From the NCBI GenBank assembly GCA_046581755.1, contig JAYGFR010000263.1, positions 1 to 11,967 of the forward strand: a stretch of DNA of 11,967 nucleotides, written 5' to 3'. Made by a program: the position numbers and the translations under genes. Below the pieces are notes generated by a model. That model had not been told where the DNA came from. It searched no databases and saw nothing but the letters and a program-made list of their open reading frames with translations. This DNA comes from Nitrospinota bacterium (GTDB lineage Bacteria > UBA8248). Shown here piece after piece: positions 5,841-11,967 of the stretch. Each line of letters starts with the position of its first letter. Positions within the stretch are counted from its first letter, which is position 1.

Positions 5841-7823
5841 CTAGGCCCCCGCCGGCGATGGCCCGGCCTTGCGCCGCCGCCGGCCCCACCGTTCGGGAAG
5901 TGAGCAAACAAGGGTCCCCAGCGCCAGGAAGCATCCTCCGATCCATATCCAGTTGATCAGGGGATTGATCAGGAACTTGAAGCTGGCCGATCCATCCTGG
6001 TCCACATCGGAGAATACGGCATAAATATCCTCGCCCAGACCGTACCGGATGCCGGCCTCGGTCGTGGGCTGGGGCGGGGTGAAGTAGAGACGCCTTTCGG
6101 TCTCGATTTCGCCCAGGCGCCGCCCCCCCCGGTAGACGGCCAGGCGCGCGAATTCGGACCGGTATTGCTCATTTGTTCCCCGGTGAACCCCCTCGAAGCG
6201 GAGCCGGACATCCTTCATCGCAAAACTCTCGCCCGGCGAAAGCCGCACCTCGCCCACCTGCTGGTAGGCCGAAGAGGCCGCCACGCCGATGAAAATTACC
6301 GCCATCCCGAAGTGGACGATATATCCGCCGAACCGCCGCTTGTTGCGCATGGTCAGTTCCCACGCTCCCGCCAGGAGGGTGTCCCCCTGATGGCGGCGGC
6401 GCGCCGAGATTCCCCGGTAAAATTCGAGATAAATCGTGGAAATCATGAAAATGGCCAGCGCGAACGCCATGGTGGCGAAAACATGCCGCACGCCGAAGGT
6501 CACGAGCACCGCAAGGGAAACCAGGGAGACGACGACGGGGTAGGTGAAATTTTTCCGGAGCTGGCCTTTCGAGGACTTCCGCCAGGCGAGCAGCGGAACT
6601 GTGGCGGCCAGCAACATTAAAAGGAGCCCTATCGGTACGTTCACCTGATTGAAGAAAGGGGGCCCGACGGTCACCTTCACCCCCTTGACCGCCTCCGTAA
6701 TCACGGGAAACATCGTTCCCCAGAATATCGCGAACGTAATTCCGACCAGCACCACGTTATTCAGGAGAAAGCCCGCCTCGCGCGAGAAAAAACTTTCCAC
6801 CTCGTGTTCGCTCTTGAGCAGCGGAAGGCGCCAGATGACAAGCCCGAAGGCCACGATCAGGGCCACAATGATGTAGGCCAGGAACGTCCAGCCGAAGCTG
6901 CTGTTCGCGAATGCGTGAACGCTCGATACGATCCCGCTTCGGGTGAGAAAGGTTCCGAACAGGGTGAGCGAATAGGTCATGATGATCAGGGACACGTTCC
7001 ACACCTTCAGCATCCCCCGCTTCTCCTGAATCATCACGGAGTGGAGAAACGCGGTTCCGGTGAGCCAGGGCATCAGGCTGGCGTTTTCCACCGGGTCCCA
7101 AGCCCAGTAGCCCCCCCAGCCGAGTTCGCGGTAGGCCCAGGCGCCCCCGAGCAGGACGCCGATTCCGTTGAAGAACCACGCGGCCAGCGTCCAGCGGCGG
7201 GTGGTGGCGATCCATCCCGAGTCGAGCCTTCCCGTCACGAGGGCGCCAATGCAAAAGGCGAAGGGGACGGCGAAGCCCACAAACCCGAGATACAGGTTGG
7301 GCGGATGGATTACCATCCCCCAGTCCTGGAGAAGGGGGTTGAGCCCGCGCCCGTCGAGGGGGGGATTCGCCAGGGTGTCGAAGGGCGGTGTGACAAAGTT
7401 GAGGATGGTGAGAAAAAAGGCGGCGGTCGCCATCAGCGTCGCCGTGACGTAGGGCATCAAATCGGCGTTGCGGTGGCGATTCTGGCGGATAACGATGTAA
7501 GAGTACACGCAGAGCAAAAGAAGCCAGAGAAGCAGGCTTCCCTCCTGCCCGCCCCAGAATCCGCTGAACCGGTAGAAGGCGTTCAGGGCGTTGTTCACCA
7601 CGCTGACCACGTACTCCACGCGGTAGTCGCGATTGAGAAGCAAAACGATCAGGCAAACGCTGGCCCCGGCGACCAGGTAAAACACCGAAACCGCGGCGTT
7701 CCGCCCGGCGTCGGTGAGGTCGGGCCGATCTTTCAATCCGCCCCAGACGGATGCGGCGACGCTGAACAAGGCCAGAGCATAGGCGGCCCACAGGCCGTAG
7801 TGTCCAAGATTAATGAGCAGCAA
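5841..7823 (-). CDS. ccmF: Cytochrome c heme lyase subunit CcmF/NrfE
   Basis: FWGGQEGSLLLW, GLNPLLQ, IHPP, WAYRELGWGGYWAWDPVEN (WWD), FLHS, FGTFLTRSG..SVHAF, GYIVHFG, INPLINWIWIGG. Likely start TTG 7823 with GGGAG 7 nt upstream. Confidence 0.97.
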   Translation of the reverse strand: MLLINLGHYGLWAAYALALFSVAASVWGGLKDRPDLTDAGRNAAVSVFYLVAGASVCLIVLLLNRDYRVEYVVSVVNNALNAFYRFSGFWGGQEGSLLLWLLLLCVYSYIVIRQNRHRNADLMPYVTATLMATAAFFLTILNFVTPPFDTLANPPLDGRGLNPLLQDWGMVIHPPNLYLGFVGFAVPFAFCIGALVTGRLDSGWIATTRRWTLAAWFFNGIGVLLGGAWAYRELGWGGYWAWDPVENASLMPWLTGTAFLHSVMIQEKRGMLKVWNVSLIIMTYSLTLFGTFLTRSGIVSSVHAFANSSFGWTFLAYIIVALIVAFGLVIWRLPLLKSEHEVESFFSREAGFLLNNVVLVGITFAIFWGTMFPVITEAVKGVKVTVGPPFFNQVNVPIGLLLMLLAATVPLLAWRKSSKGQLRKNFTYPVVVSLVSLAVLVTFGVRHVFATMAFALAIFMISTIYLEFYRGISARRRHQGDTLLAGAWELTMRNKRRFGGYIVHFGMAVIFIGVAASSAYQQVGEVRLSPGESFAMKDVRLRFEGVHRGTNEQYRSEFARLAVYRGGRRLGEIETERRLYFTPPQPTTEAGIRYGLGEDIYAVFSDVDQDGSASFKFLINPLINWIWIGGCFLALGTLVCSLPERWGRRRRKAGPSPAGA

Positions 7824-7895
7824 TGGGGAACTCCCGTGGGTCCTGGATTGGAAAACCGAAACCGCGCCGGACAGCCGGCGCAAGGGTAGGCGATT

Positions 7896-8375
7896 CTAGT
7901 TTTGCGCCTGCTTACCGGCGGCCGCCGCCTGTTTGCGCAATTTTTTATGCTCGGCGGAGGTGGGCACCTTGCTCCCCGCTTTTTTCATTTCCTCGAATTT
8001 CGACGGGCAGGCCACCATCAGGTTTTTCGCCATGAGCACCCCCCGGGCGTCGAGTTTCCCCTCGGCGATGACCGGGAACCCGTTTTCGAGCAGATCCGGG
8101 GAAACGCCCGTGAAATTCACGGGGAGGGTCGCGTTTTTTCCCTGGATGCGGAAGGCGAGCTTCATGGCCTGGAGGTCCTTCTTGATGGAGGCGGGGACGA
8201 TTTTTCCCTCGACGCGAATGCCCCGGCCGATGAGGCTCGATCCCTTCTCGGCAATTTCGTCCACCGTCAGGAAATACGAGAGATTCGCGCTCTTGAAGCT
8301 GGTGAGGAACAAAAAGAGAAACGCGCTGACAAGGACGGCGCCAGCGATCGATAACTTCACCCGCATGACGTTCAT
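7896..8375 (-). CDS. ccmE: Heme chaperone CcmE, Cys-type variant (CPSKF)
   Basis: N-terminal TM, YFLTVDE, IRVEGKIVPASI, FTGVSPD, VIAEG, AKNLMVACPSKF. SD GGGAG upstream of ATG. Confidence 0.93.
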   Translation of the reverse strand: MNVMRVKLSIAGAVLVSAFLFLFLTSFKSANLSYFLTVDEIAEKGSSLIGRGIRVEGKIVPASIKKDLQAMKLAFRIQGKNATLPVNFTGVSPDLLENGFPVIAEGKLDARGVLMAKNLMVACPSKFEEMKKAGSKVPTSAEHKKLRKQAAAAGKQAQN

Positions 8376-8494
8376 TCAGGGCTCCCGGTGAGGTCCGTTT
8401 TCACAAACCGCGACAGAACAAGGCAGCACTTCTAGGCTGAAGAATACGTTTCAAAACCTTATCTTTCAACATGAAACCCGCGAAATCGAGGAAA

Positions 8495-8523
8495 ATTTTA
8501 CCCGCCCCCCGCTTCCCCGTCCA
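8495..8523 (-). promoter_or_regulatory. Putative sigma70 promoter of ccmE operon (TGGACG-N17-TAAAAT)
   Basis: -35 at 8523-8518, exact 17-nt G-rich spacer, -10 at 8500-8495, ~120 bp upstream of ccmE. Confidence 0.55.
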
Positions 8524-8648
8524 TCCGCCCCCCCCCGCTTCTCCGCTCCCCCGGCCCCCTCGCCCCCCGAACCGGAGGGCAAAACAAACCCTGGCATGAC
8601 CGATTCGGCGGCCAGCCGGGGCTCGGGGGAAAACTTTTTCGGGGCGGC

Positions 8649-9680
<1,032 letters not shown>

Positions 9681-9785
9681 GGCCCTTGCCCCTTCGGTCG
9701 CTCGGAAAAGATGTCGAAAACGCCCGCGGCCAGGCGGCGCCCTGCCCTCCTGGCTGTGTAATTCTCCCCTGAAAAATGACGGCCT

Positions 9786-9814
9786 AATCTATGGAGCGGC
9801 GGCGGCAGTGTCAA
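9786..9814 (-). promoter_or_regulatory. sigma70 promoter of ilvC (TTGACA-N17-TAGATT)
   Basis: Perfect -35 TTGACA (9814-9809), 17-nt spacer, -10 TAGATT (9791-9786), ~105 bp upstream of the ilvC ATG. Confidence 0.8.
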
Positions 9815-9847
9815 GGCGCGCCCAGCCCCGTTCGGGCGCACTGCCCA

Positions 9848-9893
9848 GCCTCATCTGGCCCCCCCCCCGGCCTCATTTGGAGACCCCCCCGGC
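9848..9893. repeat. Imperfect 22-bp direct repeat GCCTCAT(C/T)TGG..C-run..GG
   Basis: gcctcatctgg-C10-g (9848-9869) followed by gcctcatttgg-aga-C7-ggc (9870-9893). Confidence 0.7.
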
Positions 9894-9954
9894 GGCGCTC
9901 AATCCGCTCACCCCGCCCACTTGGGAGCACCGCCCAGCCCGAAAAAGGATCAAA

Positions 9955-10023
9955 GCCGGATTCGATGGCCGGATTCGAGAGCAGATTTCGATGGCCGGAT
10001 TCGAGACTAGAATTCGAGGCCGG
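9955..10023. repeat. 13-bp tandem repeat (5 units) with 26-bp higher-order period
   Basis: gccggattcgatg / gccggattcgaga / gcagatttcgatg / gccggattcgaga / ctagaattcgag / gccgg. The 20-mer TTCGATGGCCGGATTCGAGA is exact at 9961 and 9987. Confidence 0.9.
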
Positions 10024-10157
10024 TGGAAGGAGCCCCTTGAAGCGGCCGGCGATTTCCCCTTATTCTGTTCCGGAAGCCGTTTTCCGAAAGAATTGTCCCC
10101 GGAAGAGCGGATCCTTCCGCCGGCCCGCGGCCGCCAGACGCCCCCGGAGAATCGCCC

Positions 10158-11273
10158 ATGTCCAGCCCCCATCGGATTCGCCCCAAGCCTCTGAAAAATT
10201 CTCCGATCATTTCTCCGGACGCCTCGCCGCTCAGAAGCCCCGGCCGCGCCCTGGCGGCGGCCCTCGCCCTGGCAGCGGCCCTCGCCCTGGCCGCCGGCAT
10301 CGTCCAACCTCCGCTCGCCCCTGGGGCCCCGGCGGCCCGGCAGGTCACCCTCATCCTCAACTGGCTTCCGGGCGGGGCCCACGTCCCCGTTTTCTATGCC
10401 CGCGAAGCCGGCTTCTACAAACGCGCCGGCATCGACGTGACCATCCAGAGCGCCAAGGGCAGCGCCAACGCCATCGCCGCCCTCGGCCAGGGCAAGGCCC
10501 AGTTTGCCATCGCCGAGGCGGCCGAACTCTTCACCGAACAGGGCGGCGGCCTCCGGGCGACCGGCGTCATGGTATACTTCAGCCGCAGCCCCAACGCCGT
10601 CATCACCCTCGAGCGCCCCGACATCCGCAAACTGTCCGACCTGGCCGGCAAACGCATCGCCGCCCCGCGCTCCTCCTTCCCCCGGATCCTGTTCCCGGTC
10701 CTGAGCGCCAAGGGGAAAATCGACCTCACCCGGGTCCGATGGCAAAACCTTTCGCCCAAGGAGCTCCTTCCCGCCCTCATCCGGGGATCTGTCGACGCCG
10801 TCGCCTCCAGCGCCATGGTGGCCCATCAATACCGCGCCGAAGCCGCAAAAATAGGGAGGCGCGTCACCGTCCTCCCCCTCGCCGACGCCGGCGTGAACCC
10901 CTACTCCCTCGTCTTCGCCGCGCCCCAGGAGTTTATCGAGAAAAACCCCGCCCTGGCGCGCGCCTTCGTCCGGGCAACCGCCCGGGGCACCGCCGCCGCC
11001 CTCGAGCTCCCCCGCGACGCGCTCAAGGCCTTCCTCAAGGCGAACCCCGCCGCCCTCCCCGCGCGCACCCGGGCCGAATGGCGCACCGCCCACGGCCTGA
11101 TCTATTCGCCAGGGGATCGGGGCGCGGAATTCGGAAAATTCACCCGGCCCCGCATCGAGGAGATGCGGCGAAACCTCGCCCGCCTCCGCACGCTCCGCAC
11201 AATTTCCTCCACCATCGGCGTCTACTCCAACGCCCTCATGCCCGCCATCCGGCCACGGCCCGGCTCGCTGTAG
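10158..11273 (+). CDS. ABC transporter substrate-binding protein, NMT1/THI5 (SsuA-like) family
   Basis: Ala/Leu signal peptide; VTLILNWLPGGAHVPVFYAREAGFYKRAGIDVTI, GS..AI, DLAGKRIA, ALIRGSVDA, FIEKNP.L...FVRAT.RG. SD GGAG upstream. Confidence 0.9.
   Translation: MSSPHRIRPKPLKNSPIISPDASPLRSPGRALAAALALAAALALAAGIVQPPLAPGAPAARQVTLILNWLPGGAHVPVFYAREAGFYKRAGIDVTIQSAKGSANAIAALGQGKAQFAIAEAAELFTEQGGGLRATGVMVYFSRSPNAVITLERPDIRKLSDLAGKRIAAPRSSFPRILFPVLSAKGKIDLTRVRWQNLSPKELLPALIRGSVDAVASSAMVAHQYRAEAAKIGRRVTVLPLADAGVNPYSLVFAAPQEFIEKNPALARAFVRATARGTAAALELPRDALKAFLKANPAALPARTRAEWRTAHGLIYSPGDRGAEFGKFTRPRIEEMRRNLARLRTLRTISSTIGVYSNALMPAIRPRPGSL
10248..10298 (+). repeat. 18-bp in-frame tandem repeat in signal peptide (ALAAAL)n
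   Basis: gccctggcggcggccctc / gccctggcagcggccctc / gccctggccgccggc. Confidence 0.75.
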
Positions 11274-11494
11274 GGGGTGAGTCGGGTTCTTCTTCGGCTC
11301 AAAAAGATTTTCTCATCTCATTCTCAACCGAAAAAAACTGGAATCATCCACGCGCGATGAAACGCGTCGTCTATTCGCATGATCGAGGTGCGGCAGGACC
11401 CGAAATCCATTCTTGCCCGATCGGGACAAAATCACTTACTATTCGATGATATGATCGATCCCGCATTTGGAGCCCTGTTCCGGGGGGATATGCC

Positions 11495-11828
11495 ATGCGC
11501 CGGTACCAGCCGTCTCGATACTTCCTCTTTTTATCGGTTCTTCTCGCCTCGGCGTTGTCCATGGGGTTTTTTCATTCCCGTCCCGAGCTCAAGGAGATTT
11601 ATATAAAACCCTCCTTGAGGTGGATGGAGAATGGACAGGGGAATTTACAAGGGATTCAAACGCAGAAGATTACCCCATTAGGATGTCCATTACGGAGTAC
11701 GGGGAAATCAGTTTGATATCGGATACAAGAAATAGGTTAGGATTCTTCGTGATTTCGAAGGGCAAGCTTTTATGGCTGGGCGCAAGCTTGGGAGCGATGA
11801 CTCTCTATGAAGGGAAAGGGACACAGAA
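11495..11828 (+). pseudogene. Probable small exported protein gene, frameshifted and IS-truncated
   Basis: ATG 11495 after GGGGGGA gives a signal peptide MRRYQPSRYFLFLSVLLASALSMG...ELKEIYIK. The -1 frame continues with protein-like TLLEVDGEWTGEF...IRMSITEYGEISL...GKLLWL...MTLYEGKGTQ up to the IS end at 11829. Confidence 0.55.
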
Positions 11829-11966
11829 TGTACAGCTAGCCTTCTTCCGTGACGATTTAACGAACTTCTCCACGGTGTCAAGCGGTCGCTTTCCCATGTT
11901 CCTGTAGCCCTGGTGGGGGCGCTCGGTGTTGTAGAACCGAAGGTATTTATCCAGGTCCTTCTGGAG
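11805..11966 (-). CDS. IS481-family (integrase core) transposase, C-terminal fragment
   Basis: Not in ORF track. Hand translation LQKDLDKYLRFYNTERPHQGYRNMGKRPLDTVEKFV shows the YNxERPHQGY motif. As sequenced, the frame reads past the IS end to TAG at 11805. Confidence 0.85.
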   Translation of the reverse strand, partial: LQKDLDKYLRFYNTERPHQGYRNMGKRPLDTVEKFVKSSRKKASCTFCVPFPS

Positions 11967-11967
11967 C
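11829..11967 (-). mobile_element. Right end of an IS481-family insertion sequence (continues beyond window)
   Basis: The transposase C-terminus runs into ...GTCACGGAAGAAGGCTAGCTGTACA. IS481 ends are 5'-TGT...ACA-3', placing the boundary at TGT 11829. Confidence 0.78.

Noticed and set aside
6165..8391. ORFs 6757..7791(-), 6804..7889(+), 7902..8354(+) and 7933..8391(+)
   Set aside because: Shadow frames of ccmF and ccmE.
8570..8630. Resemblance to a c-di-GMP-I riboswitch (GGGCAAAAC...GGCCAGCCGG) on the plus strand
   Set aside because: It lacks the GAAA-capped hairpin and second GCAAA element, and there is no downstream plus-strand gene.
11278..11312. Hairpin TGAGTCGG...TCGGCTCA after the SBP gene as an intrinsic terminator
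   Set aside because: The stem relies on G-U pairs and is followed by A5 rather than a U-tract; too weak to call.
11467..11907. 146-aa ORF as an intact gene
   Set aside because: Its N-terminus is implausible and its last ~25 codons lie in antisense IS sequence; it is better explained as part of the pseudogene.

Overview
Bacterial, mostly GC-rich window dominated by a minus-strand cytochrome c maturation (Ccm, System I type) locus in non-canonical order: ccmE-ccmF-orfX-orfY-ccmA-ccmB, a ~390 bp repeat-rich spacer, then ccmC-ccmD-ccmH-tlpA-tlpA'. ccmD and the second, truncated TlpA are absent from the ORF track and were read by hand. The locus has unusual motifs: CcmE carries CPSKF (a Cys-type heme site lacking the usual Tyr), and CcmH carries SPVC-x7-C instead of CxxC. 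Two uncharacterised membrane proteins with CcmI-like helical motifs, one with a Zn ribbon, are translationally coupled into the operon. Upstream lie a stand-alone ilvC with a near-consensus sigma70 promoter and a divergent orphan NMT1/THI5-type substrate-binding protein. The right end holds a frameshifted exported-protein gene that appears cut by the end of an IS481-family element. The intergenic regions contain several degenerate tandem repeats and a dense G-tract cluster over the putative ccmE promoter. All calls come from motif recognition; no database searches were run.
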